Shown here piece by piece: positions 12,101 through 26,300 of a DNA stretch of 64,000 nucleotides. Location: NCBI GenBank assembly GCA_964016885.1, contig OZ024744.1, positions 55,986,001 to 56,050,000 of the forward strand. The letters run 5' to 3'. The notes beneath the pieces were generated by a model. It had not been told where the DNA came from. It worked only from the letters and a program-made list of their open reading frames with translations, and ran no database searches. This stretch comes from Eledone cirrhosa. Its lineage: Eukaryota. Position 1 is the first letter of the stretch. Every line of letters starts with the position of its first letter. A program made the translations under genes and the position numbers.

Positions 12101-15100
12101 TGAACTATATTGATCTGGTACCTTACATTGACAGCTAGGTAGACTGTGGTCTGAGACTGAACTATATTGATGTGGTACTGACAGCTAGGTCTACTGTAGT
12201 CTGAGACTGAACTATATTGATCTGGTACTGACAGCTAGGTAGACTGTGGGCTGAGACTGAACTATATTGATCTGGTACTGACAGCTAGGTAGACTGTGGT
12301 CTGTCGCTGAACTATATTGATCTGGTACCTTACATTGACAGCTAGGTGGACTGTGGTCTGAGACTGAACTATATTGATCTGGTACTGACAGCCAGGTAGA
12401 CTGTGGTCTGTGACTGAACTATATTGATCTGGTACCTTACATTGACAGCTAGGTGGACTGTGGTCTGAGACTGAACTATATTGATCTGGTACCTTACATT
12501 GACAGCTCAGTGGACTGTGGTCTGAGACTGAACTATATTGATCTGGTACCTTACATTGACAGCTAGGTGGACTGTGGTCTGAGACTGAACTATATTGATC
12601 TGGTACTTTACATTGACAGCTAGGTGGACTGTGGTCTGTGACTGAACTATATTGATCTGGTACCTTACATTGACAGCTAGGTGGACTGTGGTCTGAGACT
12701 GTACTATATTGATCTGGTATCTTACATTGACAGCTAGGTGGACTGTGGTCTGAGAATGAACTATATTGATCTGGTACCTTACATTGACAGATAGGTGGAC
12801 TGTGGTCTGAGACTGAACTATGTTGATCTGGTACTGACAGCTAGCTCGACTGTGGTCTGAGACTGAACTATATTGATCTGGCACTGACAGCTAGGTGGAC
12901 TGTGGTCTGAGACTGAACTATACTGATATGGTACCTATTACTGACAGCTAGGTGGACTGTGGTCTGAGACTGAAGTATATTGATCTGGTACCTTACGTTG
13001 ACCGCTAGGTGGACTGTGGTCTGAGACTGAACTATATTGATCTGGTACCTTACATTGACAGCTAGGTAGACTGTGGTCTGTGACTGAACTATATTGATGT
13101 GGTACTGACAGCTAGGTGGACTGTGGTCTGAGACTGAACTATATTGATCTGGTACCTTACATTGACAGCTAGGTAGACTGTGGTCTGTGACTGAATTATA
13201 TTGATCTGGTACCTTACATTGACAGCTAGGTAGACTATGGTCTGTGACTGAATTATATTGATCTGGTACCTTACATTGACAGCTAGGTGGACTGTGGTCT
13301 GAGACTGAACTATATTGATCTGGTACTGACAGAGAGGTGGACTGTGGTCTGAGACTGAACTATATTGATCTGGTACCTTACATTGACAGCTAGGTGGACT
13401 GTGGTCTGTGACTGAACTATATTGATCTGGTACTGATAGCTTGGTGGACTGTGGTGTGAGACTGAACTATATTGATCTGGTACCTTACATTGACAGCTAG
13501 GTAGACTGTGGTCTGTGACTGAATTATATTGATCTGGTACCTTACATTGACAGCTAGGTAGACTATGGTCTGTGACTGAATTATATTGATCTGGTACCTT
13601 ACATTGACAGCTAGGTGGACTGTGGTCTGAGACTGAACTATATTGATCTGGTACTGACAGAGAGGTGGACTGTGGTCTGAGACTGAACTATATTGATCTG
13701 GTACCTTACATTGACAGCTAGGTGGACTGTCGTCTGTGACTGAACTATATTGATCTGGTACTGATAGCTTGGTGGACTGTGGTGTGAGACTGAACTATAT
13801 TGATCTGGTACCTTACATTGACAGCTAGGTAGACTGTGGTCTGTGACTGAATTATATTGATCTGGTACCTTACATTGACAGCTAGGTAGACTATGGTCTG
13901 TGACTGAATTATATTGATCTGGTACCTTACATTGACAGCTAGGTGGACTGTGGTCTGAGACTGAACTATATTGATCTGGTACTGACAGCTAGGTGGACTG
14001 TGGTCTGAGACTGAACTATATTGATCTGGTACTGACAGCTAGGTGGACTGTGGTCTGTGACTGAACTATATTGATCTGGTACTGACAGCTAGGTGGACTG
14101 TGGTCTGAGACTGAACTATATTGATCTGTTACTGACAGCTAGCTCGACTGTGGTCTGAGACTGAACTATATTGATCTGGTACTGACAGCTAGGTGGACTG
14201 TGGTCTTTGACTGAACTATATTGATGTGGTACTGACAGCTAGGTGGACTGTGGTCTGTGACTGAACTATATTGATCTGGTACTGACAGCTAGGTGGACTG
14301 TGGTCTGAGACTGAACTATATTGATCTGGTACCTTACATTGACAGCTAGGTAGACTGTGGTCTGAGACTGAACTATATTGATCGGTTAATGACAGCTAGG
14401 TGGACTGTGGTCTGAGACTGAACTATATTGATCTGTTACTGACAGCTAGGTGGACTGTGGTCTGAGACTGAACTATATTGATCTGGTACTAACAGCTAGG
14501 TGGACTGTGGTCTGTGACTGAACTATATTGATCTGTGACTGACAGCTAGGTAGACTGTGGTCTGTGACTGAACTATATTGATCTGGTACTGACAGCTAGG
14601 TGGACTGTGGTCTGAGACTGAACTATATTGATCTGGTACCTTACATTGACAGCTAGGTAGACTGTGGTCTGAGACTGAACTATATTGATGTGGTACTGAC
14701 AGCTAGGTCTACTGTAGTCTGAGACTGAACTATATTGATCTGGTACTGACAGCTAGGTAGACTGTGGGCTGAGACTGAACTATATTGATCTGGTACTGAC
14801 AGCTAGGTAGACTGTGGTCTGTCACTGAACTATATTGATCTGGTACCTTACATTGACAGCTAGGTGGACTGTGGTCTGAGAGTGAACTATATTGATCTGG
14901 TACCTTACATTGACAGCTAGGTTGTCTGTGGTCTGAGACTGAACTATATTGATCTGGTACTGACAGCCAGGTAGACTGTGGTCTGTGACTGAACTATATT
15001 GATCTGGTACCTTACATTGACAGCTAGGTGGACTGTGGTCTGAGACTGAACTATATTGATCTGGTACCTTACATTGACAGCTCAGTGGACTGTGGTCTGA

Positions 15101-17150
15101 GACTGAACTATATTGATCTGGTACCTTACATTGACAGCTAGGTGGACTGTGGTCTGAGACTGAACTATATTGATCTGGTACTTTACATTGACAGCTAGGT
15201 GGACTGTGATCTGTGACTGAACTATATTGATCTGGTACCTTACATTGACAGCTAGGTGGACTGTGGTCTGAGACTGTACTATATTGATCTGGTATCTTAC
15301 ATTGACAGCTAGGTGGACTGTGGTCTGAGAATGAACTATATTGATCTGGTACCTTACATTGACAGATAGGTGGACTGTGGTCTGAGACTGAACTATGTTG
15401 ATCTGGTACTGACAGCTAGCTCGACTGTGGTCTGAGACTGAACTATATTGATCTGGCACTGACAGCTAGGTGGACTGTGGTCTGAGACTGAACTATACTG
15501 ATATGGTACCTATTACTGACAGCTAGGTGGACTGTGGTCTGAGACTGAAGTATATTGATCTGGTACCTTACGTTGACCGCTAGGTGGACTGTGGTCTGAG
15601 ACTGAACTATATTGATCTGGTACCTTACATTGACAGCTAGGTAGACTGTGGTCTGTGACTGAACTATATTGATGTGGTACTGACAGCTAGGCGGACTGTG
15701 GTCTGAGACTGAACTATATTGATCTGGTACCTTACATTGACAGCTAGGTAGACTGTGGTCTGTGACTGAATTATATTGATCTGGTACCTTACATTGACAG
15801 CTAGGTAGACTATGGTCTGTGACTGAATTATATTGATCTGGTACCTTACATTGACAGCTAGGTGGACTGTGGTCTGAGACTGAACTATATTGATCTGGTA
15901 CTGACAGAGAGGTGGACTGTGGTCTGAGACTGAACTATATTGATCTGGTACCTTACATTGACAGCTAGGTGGACTGTGGTCTGTGACTGAACTATATTGA
16001 TCTGGTACTGATAGCTTGGTGGACTGTGGTGTGAGACTGAACTATATTGATCTGGTACCTTATATTGACAGCTAGGTAGACTGTGGTCTGTGACTGAATT
16101 ATATTGATCTGGTACCTTACATTGACAGCTAGGTAGACTATGGTCTGTGACTGAATTATATTGATCTGGTACCTTACATTGACAGCTAGGTGGACTGTGG
16201 TCTGAGACTGAACTATATTGATCTGGTACTGACAGCTAGGTGGACTGTGGTCTGAGACTGAACTATATTGATCTGGTACTGACAGCTAGGTGGACTGTTG
16301 TCTGTGACTGAACTATATTGATCTGGTACTGACAGCTAGGTGGACTGTGGTCTGAGACTGAACTATATTGATCTGTTACTGACAGCTAGCTCGACTGTGG
16401 TCTGAGACTGAACTATATTGATCTGGTACTGACAGCTAGGTGGACTGTGGTCTTTGACTGAACTATATTGATGTGGTACTGACAGCTAGGTGGACTGTGG
16501 TCTGTGACTGAACTATATTGATCTGGTACTGACAGCTAGGTGGACTGTGGTCTGAGACTGAACTATATTGATCTGGTACCTTACATTGACAGCTAGGTAG
16601 ACTGTGGTCTGAGACTGAACTATATTGATCTGTTAATGACAGCTAGGTGGACTGTGGTCTGAGACTGAACTATATTGATCTGTTACTGACAGCTAGGTGG
16701 ACTGTGGTCTGAGACTGAACTATATTGATCTGGTACTAACAGCTAGGTGGACTGTGGTCTGTGACTGAACTATATTGATCTGTGACTGACAGCTATGTAG
16801 ACTGTGGTCTGTGACTGAACTATATTGATCTGGTACTGACAGCTAGGTGGACTGTGGTCTGAGACTGAACTATATTGATCTGGTACCTTACATTGACAGC
16901 TAGGTAGACTGTGGTCTGAGACTGAACTATATTGATGTGGTACTGACAGCTAGGTCTACTGTAGTCTGAGACTGAACTATATTGATCTGGTACTGACAGC
17001 TAGGTAGACTGTGGGCTGAGACTGAACTATATTGATCTGGTACTGACAGCTAGGTAGACTGTGGTCTGTGACTGAACTATATTGATCTGGTACCTTACAT
17101 TGACAGCTAGGTGGACTGTGGTCTGAGAGTGAACTATATTGATCTGGTAC
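6034..17150 (+). repeat. Domain B: 2247-bp higher-order repeat (42-mer: 21 short + 21 long) with internal duplications and a truncated copy
   Basis: Marker AGAGG lies at 6271, 8518, 8846, 9852, 13333, 13661 and 15908 (offsets 2247, 328, 1006 ... 328, 2247). Marker GGTCTACTGTAG lies at 7316, 10897, 12188, 14706 and 16953. The near-identical 125-aa ORFs are spaced 3581 (=2247+328+1006), 1234 and 2575 (=2247+328). Counting monomers over 6034-8280 gives 21+21. Confidence 0.9.
8290..9120 (+). repeat. 328-bp 6-mer sub-repeat (4 long + 2 short) tandemly duplicated inside the 2247-bp unit; same expansion at ~13100-13940
   Basis: AGAGG markers 8518/8846 and 13333/13661 are 328 bp apart (4x57+2x50). 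The order GAATTAT, GACTATGG, CAGAGAGG, GATAGCTTGG..GGTGTGAG is repeated. Confidence 0.85.
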
Positions 17151-20100
17151 TGACAGCTAGGTGGACTGTGGTCTGAGACTGAACTATATTGATCTGGTAC
17201 CTTACATTGACAGCTAGGTAGACTGTTGTCTGAGGCTGAACTATATTGATCTGGTACCTTACGTTGACAGCTAGGTAGACTGTGGTCTGAGACTGAACTA
17301 TATTGATCTGGTACCTTACATTGACTGCTAGGTAGACTGTGGTCTGTGACTGAACTATATTGATCTGGTACGCACAGCTAGGTAGACTGTGGTCTGAGAC
17401 TGAACTATATTGATCTGGTATTGACTGCTAGGTAGTCTGTGGTCTGGGACTGAACTATATTGATCTGGTATTGACAGCTAGGTAGACTGTGGTCTGAGAC
17501 TAAACTATATTGATCTGGTATTGACAGCTAGGTAGACTGTGGTCTGAGACTGAACTATATTGATCTGGTACATTACATTGACAGCTAGGTGGACTGTGGT
17601 CTGAGACTGAACTATATTGATCTGGTATTGACATCTAGGTAGACTGTGGTCTGAGACTGAACTATATTGATCTGGTACTGACAGCTAGGTGGACTGTGGT
17701 CTGAGACTGAACTATATTGATCTGGTACATTACATTGACAGCTAGGTAGACTGTGGTCTGGGACTGAACTATATTGATCAGGTACTGACAGCTAGGTAGA
17801 CTGTGGTCTGAGACTGAACTATATTGATCTGGTATTTACAGCTAGGTAGACAGTGGTCTGGGACTGAACTATATTGATCTGGTACTGACAGCTAGGTGGA
17901 CTGTGGTCTGTGACTGAACTATATTGATCTGGTACTGACAGCTAGGTGGATTGTGGTCTGTGACTGAACTATATTGATCTGGTACTGATAGCTAGGTGGA
18001 CTGTGGTCGGTGACTAAACTATATTGATCTGGTACTGACATCTAGGTGGACTGTGGTCTGTGACTGAACTATATTGATCTGGTACTGATAGCTAGGTGGA
18101 CTGTGGTCTGTGACTGAACTATATTGATCTGGTACTGACAGCTAGGTGGACTGTGGTCTGAGACTGAAGTATATTGATCTGGTATTGACAGCTAGGTAGA
18201 CTGTGATCTGAGACTGAACTATATTGATCTGGTACTGACAGCTAGGTGGACTGTGGTCTGAGACTGAACTATATTGATCTGGTACCTTTCATTTACAGCT
18301 AGGTAGACTGTGGTCTGAGACTGAATTATATTGATCTGGTACTGACAGCTAAGTAGACTGTGGTCTGAGACTGAACTATATTGATCTGGTACTGACAGCT
18401 AGCTGGACTGTGGTCTGTGACTGAACTATATTGATCTGGTACTGACAGCTAGGTAGACTGTGGTCTGAGACTGAACTATATTGTTCTGGTACCTTACATT
18501 GACAGCTAGGTAGACTGTGGTCTGTGACTGAACTATATTGATCTGGTACTGACAGCTAGGTTGTCTGTGGTCTGAGACTGAACTATATTGATCTGTTAAT
18601 GACAGCTAGCTGGACTGTGGTCTGAGACTGAACTATATTGAACTGGTCCTGACAGCTAGGTGGACTGTGGTCTGAGACTGAACTAAATTGATCTGGTACT
18701 GACATCTAGGTAGAATGTGGTCTGAGGCTGAACTATATTGATCTGGTACCTTACATTAACAGCTAGGTAGACTGTGGTCTGAGACTGAACTATGTTGATC
18801 TGGTACTGACAGCTAGCTCGACTGTGGTCTGAGACTGAACTATATTGATCTGGCACTGACAGCTAGGTGGACTGTGGTCTGAGACTGAACTATACTGACG
18901 TGGTACCTATTACTGACAGCTAGGTGGACTGTGGTCTGAGACTGAAGTATATTGATCTGGTACCTTACTTTGACCGCTAGGTGGACTGTGGTCTGAGACT
19001 GAACTATATTGATCTGGTACCTTACATTGACAGCTAGGTAGACTGTGGTCTGAGACTGAACTATATTGATCTGGTATTGACCGCTAGGTAGACTGTGGTC
19101 TGAGACTGAACTATATTGATCTGTTACTGACAGCTAGGTGGACTGTGGTCTGAGACTGAACTATATTGATCTGGTACTAACAGCTAGGTGGACTGTGGTC
19201 TGAGACTGAACTATATTGATCTGGTACTGACAGCTAGGTGGACTGTGGTGTGAGACTGAACTATATTGATCTGGTACTGACAGCTAGGTGGACTGTGGTG
19301 TGAGACTGAACTATATTGATCTGGTACCTTACATTGACAGCTAGGTAGACTGTGGTCTGTGACTGAACTATATTGATCTGTTAGTGACAGCTAGGTAGAC
19401 TGTGGTCTGTGACTGAACTATATTGATCTGGTACTGACAGCTAGGTAGACTGTGGTCTGTGACTGAACTATATTGATCTGGTACCTTACATTGACAGCTA
19501 GGTAGACTGTGGTCTGTGACTGAAATATATTGATCTGGTACTGACAGCCAGGTAGACTGTGGTCTGTGACTGAACTATATTGATCTGGTACCTTACATTG
19601 ACAGCTAGGTAGACTGTGGTCTGTGACTGAAATATATTGATCTGGTACTGACAGCTAGGTAGACTGTGGTCTGTGACTGAACTATATTGATCTGGTACCT
19701 TACATTGACAGCTTGGTGGACTGTGGTCTGTGACTGAATTATATTGATCTGGTACCTTACATTGACAGCTAGGCAGACTATGGTCTGTGACTGAATTATA
19801 TTGATCTGGTACCTTACATTGACAGCTAGGTGGACTGTGGTCTGAGACTGAACTATATTGATCTGGTACTGACAGAGAGGTAGACTGTGGTGTGAGACTG
19901 AACTATATTGATCTGGTACCTTACATTGACATCTAGGTAGACTGTGGTCTGAGACTGAACTATATTGATCTGGTACTGATAGCTTGGTGGACTGTGGTCT
20001 GTGACTGAACTATATTGATCTGGTACCTTACATTGACAGCTAGGTGGACTGTGGTCTGAGAATGAACCATATTGATCTGGTACTGATAGCTAGGTGGACT

Positions 20101-20374
20101 GTGGTCTGAGATTGAACTATATTAATCTGGTACATATAGCTTGGTGGACTGTGGTCTGAGACTGAACTATATTGATCTGGTACTGATAGCTAGGTGGACT
20201 GTGGTCTGTGACTGAACTATATTGATCTGGTACTGACAGCTAGGTGGACTGTGGTCTGAGACTGAACTATATTGATCTGGTACTGACAGCTAGGTAGACT
20301 GTGGTCTGAGATTGAACTATATTGATCTGGTACTGACAGCTAGGTGGACTGTGGTCTGAGACTGAACTATATTG
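17150..20374 (+). repeat. Transitional, less homogenised segment carrying diverged relatives of domain A, B and C blocks
   Basis: 17200-18780 parallels 20800-22550 (GTTGTCTGAGGC, GTACGCACAG, GGTCGGTGACTAAAC). 18780-19200 parallels 7990-8250 (AACTATGTTG, GCTCGAC, TGACCGC). 19700-20160 parallels 1720-2160 (AGAGGTAGACTGTGGTGTG, GAGAATGAA, GAGATTGAA). Each has several differences. Confidence 0.75.
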
Positions 20375-23300
20375 ATTTGGCACTGACAGCTAGGTGGACT
20401 GTGGTCTCTGACTGAACTATATTGATGTGGTACCTATTACTGACAGCTAAGTGGACTGTGGTCTGAGACTGAACTATATTGATCTGGTACTGACAGCTAG
20501 GTAGACTGTGGTCTGAGACTGAACTATATTGATCTGGTACCTTACATTGACAGTTAGGTGGACTGTGCTCTGAGACTGAACTATATTGATCTGGTACTGA
20601 CAGCTAGGTAGATTGTGGTCTAAGACTGAACTATATTGATCTGGTACCTCACATTGACAGTTAGGTATACTGTGGTCTGAGACTGAACTATATTGATCTG
20701 GTACTAAAATGTAGGTAGACTGTGGTCTGTGACTGAACTATATTGATCTGGTACTGACAGCTAGGTAGACTGTGGTCTGAGACTGAATTATATTGATCTG
20801 GTACCTTACATTGACAGCTAGGTAGACTGTTGTCTGAGGCTGAACTATATTGATCTGGTACCTTACGTTGACAGCTAGGTAGACTGTGGTCTGAGACTGA
20901 ACTATATTGATCTGGTACCTTACATTGACTGCTAGGTAGACTGTGGTCTGTGACTGAACTATATTGATCTGGTATTGCCTGCTAGGTAGACAGTGGTCTG
21001 GGTCTGAACTATATTGATCTGGTACGCACAGCTAGGTAGACTGTGGTCTGAGACTGAACTATATTGATCTGGTATTGACTGCTAGGTAGTCTGTGGTCTG
21101 GGACTGAACTATATTGATCTGGTATTGACAGCTAGGTAGACTGTGGTCTGAGACTGAACTATATTATCTGGTATTGACAGCTAGGTAGACTGTGGTCTGA
21201 GACTGAACTATATTGATCTGGTACATTACATTGACAGCTAGGTGGACTGTGGTCTGAGACTGAACTATATTGATCTGGTATTGACATCTAGGTAGACTGT
21301 GGTCTGAGACTGAACTATATTGATCTGGTACTGACAGCTAGGTGGACTGTGGTCTGAGACTGAACTATATTGATCTGGTACATTACATTGACAGCTAGGT
21401 AGACTGTGGTCTGGGACTGAACTATATTGATCAGGTACTGACAGCTAGGTAGACTGTGGTCTGAGACTGAACTATATTGATCTGGTATTTACAGCTAGGT
21501 AGACAGTGGTCTGGGACTGACCTATATTGATCTGGTACTGACAGCTAGGTGGACTGTGGTCTGTGACTGAACTATATTGATCTGGTACTGACAGCTAGGT
21601 GGATTGTGGTCTGTGACTGAACTATATTGATCTGGTACTGATAGCTAGGTGGACTGTGGTCGGTGACTAAACTATATTGATCTGGTACTGACATCTAGGT
21701 GGACTGTGGTCTGTGACTGAACTATATTGATCTGGTACTGATAGCTAGGTGGACTGTGGTCTGTGACTGAACTATATTGATCTGTTACTGACAGCTAGGT
21801 GGACTGTTGTCTGAGACTGAAGTATATTGATCTGGTATTGACAGCTAGGTAGACTGTGATCTGAGACTGAACTATATTGATCTGGTACTGACAGCTAGGT
21901 GGACTGTGGTCTGAGACTGAACTATATTGATCTGGTACCTTTCATTTACAGCTAGGTAGACTGTGGTCTGAGACTGAACTATATTGATCTGGTACTGACA
22001 GCTAGGTAGACTGTGATCTGAGACTGAACTATATTGATCTGGTACTGACAGCTAGGTAGACTGTGATCTGAGACTGAACTATATTGATCTGGTACTGACA
22101 GCTAGGTAGACTGTGATCTGAGACTGAACTATATTGATCTGGTACTGACAGCTAGCTGGACTGTCGTCTGTGACTGAACTATATTGATCTGGTACTGACA
22201 GCTAGGTAGACTGTGGTCTGAGATTGAACTATATTGTTCTGGTACCTTACATTGACAGCTAGGTAGACTGTGGTCTGTGACTGAACTATATTGATCTGGT
22301 ACTGACAGCTAGGTGGACTGTGGTCTGAGACTGAACTATATTGATCTGTTAATGACAGCTAGGTAGACTGTGGTCTGAGACTGAACTATATTGATCTGGT
22401 ACTGACAGCTAGGTGGACTGTGGTCTGAGACTGAACTAAATTGATCTGGTACTGACATCTAGGTAGAATGCGGTCTGAGGCTGAACTATATTGATCTGGT
22501 ACCTTACATTGACAGCTAGGTAGACTGTGGTCTGAGACTGAACAATATTGATCTGGTACTGACAGCTAGGTGGACTATGGTCTGAGACTGAACTATATTG
22601 ATCTGGCACTGACAGCTAGGTGGACTATGGTCTGAGACTGAACTCTATTGATGTGGTACCTATTACTGACAGCTAGGTGGACTGTGGTCTGAGACTGAAG
22701 TATATTGATCTGGTTCCTTACGTTGACAGCTAGGTGGACTGTGGTCTGAAATTGAACTATATTGATCTGGTACATTACATTGACAGCTAGGTGGACTGTG
22801 GTCTGAGACTGAACTATATTGATCTGGTACTGACAGCTAGGTGGACTGTGGTCTGAGACTGAACTATATTGATCTGGTACTGACAGCTAGGTAGACTGTG
22901 GTCTGAGATTGAACTATATTGATCTGGTACTGACAGCTAGGTGGAGTGTGGTCTGAGACTGAACTATATTGATTTGGCACTGACAGCTAGGTGGACTGTG
23001 GTCTCTGACTGAACTATATTGATGTGGTACCTATTACTGACAGCTAGGTGGACTGTGGTCTGAGACTGAACTATATTGATCTGGTACTGACAGCTAGGTA
23101 GACTGTGGTCTGAGACTGAACTATATTGATCTGGTACCTTACATTGACAGTTAGGTGGACTGTGGTCTGAGACTGAACTATATTGATCTGGTACTAAAAT
23201 GTAGGTAGACTGTGGTCTGTGACTGAACTATATTGATCTGGTACTGACAGCTAGGTAGACTGTGGTCTGAGACTGAATTATATTGATCTGGTACCTTACA

Positions 23301-26300
23301 TTGACAGCTAGGTAGACTGTGATCTGTGACTGAACTATATTGATCTGGTACTGACAGCTAGGTGGACTGTGGTCTGAGACTGAACTATATTGATCTGGTA
23401 CCTTACATTGACAGCTAGGTAGACTGTTGTCTGAGGCTGAACTATATTGATCTGGTACCTTACATTGACAGCTAGGTAGACTGTGGTCTGAGACTGAACT
23501 ATATTGATCTGGTACCTTACATTGACAGCTAGGTGGACTGTGGTCTGTGACTGAACTATATTGATCTGTTACTGACAGCTGGACAGACTGTGGTCTGAGA
23601 CTGAACTATTTTGATGTGGTACTGACAGCTAGTTGGACTGTGGTCTGAGACTGAACTATATTGATCTGGTACTTACATTGACAGCTAGGTAGACTGTGGC
23701 CTGAGACTGAACTATATTGATCTGGTACCTTACTTTAACAGCTAGGTAGACTGTGGTCTGAGACTGAACTATATTGATCTGGTACTGACAGCTAGGTAGA
23801 CTGTGGTGTGAGACTGTACTATATTTATCTGGTACCTTACATTGACAGCTAGGTAGACTGTGGTCTGAGACTGAATTATATTGATCTGGTACAGACAGCT
23901 AGGTAGACTGTGGTGTGAGACTGTACTATATTTATCTGGTACCTTACATTGACAGCTAGGTAGACTGTGGCCTGAGACTGAACTATATTGATCTGGTACC
24001 TTACATTGACAGATAGGTAGACTGTGGTCTGTGACTGAACTATATTGATCTGGTACTGACAGCTAGGTGGACTGTGGTCTGAGACTGAACTATATTGATC
24101 TGTTAATGTCAGCTAGCTGGACTGAGGTCTGAGACTGAACTATATTGATCTGCTACTGACAGCTAGGTGGACTGTGGTCTGAGACTGAACTATATTGATC
24201 TGGTACTGACAGCTAGGTGGACTGTGGTCTGTGACTGAACTATATTGATCTGGTACTGACAGCAAGGTGGACTGTGGTCTGAGACTGAACTATATTGATC
24301 TGGTACCTTACATTGACAGCTAGGTGGACTGTGGTCTGAGACTGAACTATATTGATCTTGTACTGACAGCTAGGTGGACTGTGGTCTCAAACTGAACTAA
24401 ATTGATCTGGTACTGACATCTAGGTAGAATGTGGTCTGAGACTGAACTATATTGATCTGGTACCTTACATTGACAGCTAGGTAGACTGTGGTCTGAGACT
24501 GAAATATATTGATCTGGCAACTTACACTGACAGCTAGGTGGACTGTGGTCTGAGACTGAACTATATTGATCTGGTACCTTACATTGACAGCTAGGTGGAC
24601 TGTGGTCTGAGACTGAACTATATTGATCTGGTACCTTACATTGACAGCTAGGTGGACTGTGGTCTGAGACTGAACTATATTGATCTGGTACTGACAGCTC
24701 GGTGGACTGTGGTCTGTGACTGAACTATATTGATCTGGTACATTACATTGACAGCTAGGTGGACAGTGGTCTGAGACTGAACTATATTGATCTGGTATCT
24801 TACATTGACAGTTAGGTGGACTGTGGTCTGAGACTGAACTATATTGATCTGGTACTGACAGCTAGGTAGACTGTTGTCTGAGATTGAACTATATTGATCT
24901 GGTACTGACAGCTAGGTGGACTCTGGTCTCTGACTGAACTATATTGATGTGGTACCTATTACTGACAGCTAGGTGGACTGTGGTCTGAGACTGAACTATA
25001 TTGATCTGGTACTGACAGCTAAGTAGACTGTGGTCTGTGACTGAACTATATTGATCTGGTACCTTACATTGACAGTTTGGTGGACTGTGGTCTGAGACTG
25101 AACTGTATTGATCTGGTACTAACAGGTAGACAGACTGTGGTCTGTGACTGAACTATATTGATCTGGTACTGACAGCTAAGTAGACTGTGGTCTGAGACTG
25201 AACTATATTGATCTGGTACCTTACATTGACCGTTAGGTGGACTGTGTTCTGAGACTGAACTATAATGATCTGGTACCTTACATTGACAGCTAGGTAGACT
25301 GTGGTCTGAGACTGAACTATATTGATCTGGTACCCTACATTGACTGCTAGGTAGACTGTGGTCTGTGACTGAACTATATTGATCTGGTATTGACTGCTAC
25401 GTAGACTGTGGTCTGGGACTCAACTATATTGATCTGGTACGCACAGCTAGGTAGACTGTGGTCTGAGACTGAACTATATTGATCTGGTATTGACTGCTAG
25501 GTAGACTGTGGTCTGGGACTGAACTATATTGATCTGGTATTGACAGCTAGGTAGACTGTGGTCTGAGACTGAACTATATTGATCAGGTATTGACAGCTAG
25601 GTAGACTCTGGTCTCTGACTGAACTATATTGATGTGGTACCTATTACTGACAGCTAGGTGGACTGTGGTCTGAGACTGAACTATATTGATCTGGTACTGA
25701 CAGCTAAGTAGACTGTGGTCTAAGACTGAACTATATTGATCTGGTACATTACATTGACAGCTAGGTGGACTGTGGTCTGAGACTGAACTATATTGATCTG
25801 GTATTGAAAGCTAGGTACACTGTGGTCTGAGACTGAACTATATTGATCTGGTACTGACAGCTAGGTGGACTGTGGTCTGAGACTGAACTATATTGATCTG
25901 CTACTGACAGCCAGGTAGACTGTGGTCTGAGACTGAACTATATTGATCTGGTACATTACATTGACAGCTAGGTGGACTGTGGTCTGAGACTGAACTATAT
26001 TGATCTGGTATTGACAGCTAGGTGGACTGTGGTCTGGGACTGAACTATATTGATCTGGTACTGCCAGCTAGGTAGACTGTGGTCTGAGACTGAACTACAT
26101 TGATCTGGTATTGATAGCTAGGTAGACTGTGGTCTGGGACTGAACTATATTGATCTGGTACCTTACATTGACAGCTAGGTGGACTGTGGTCTGTGACTGA
26201 ACTATATTGATCTGGTACTGACAGCTAGGTGGACTGTGGTCTGTGACTGAACTATATTGATCTGGTACTGATAGCTAGGTGGACTGTGGTCTGTGACTGA

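Noticed and set aside
7692-15459. Four near-identical 125-aa minus-strand ORFs with a 19-aa repeat (YQINIVQSQTTVHLAVNVR)
   Set aside because: 57 bp is divisible by 3, so runs of long monomers keep a stop-free frame open. Each 50-mer shifts the frame until the TRSI-stop frame is reached. The start is a GTG created by the GGCAC variant, and there is no domain or gene context.
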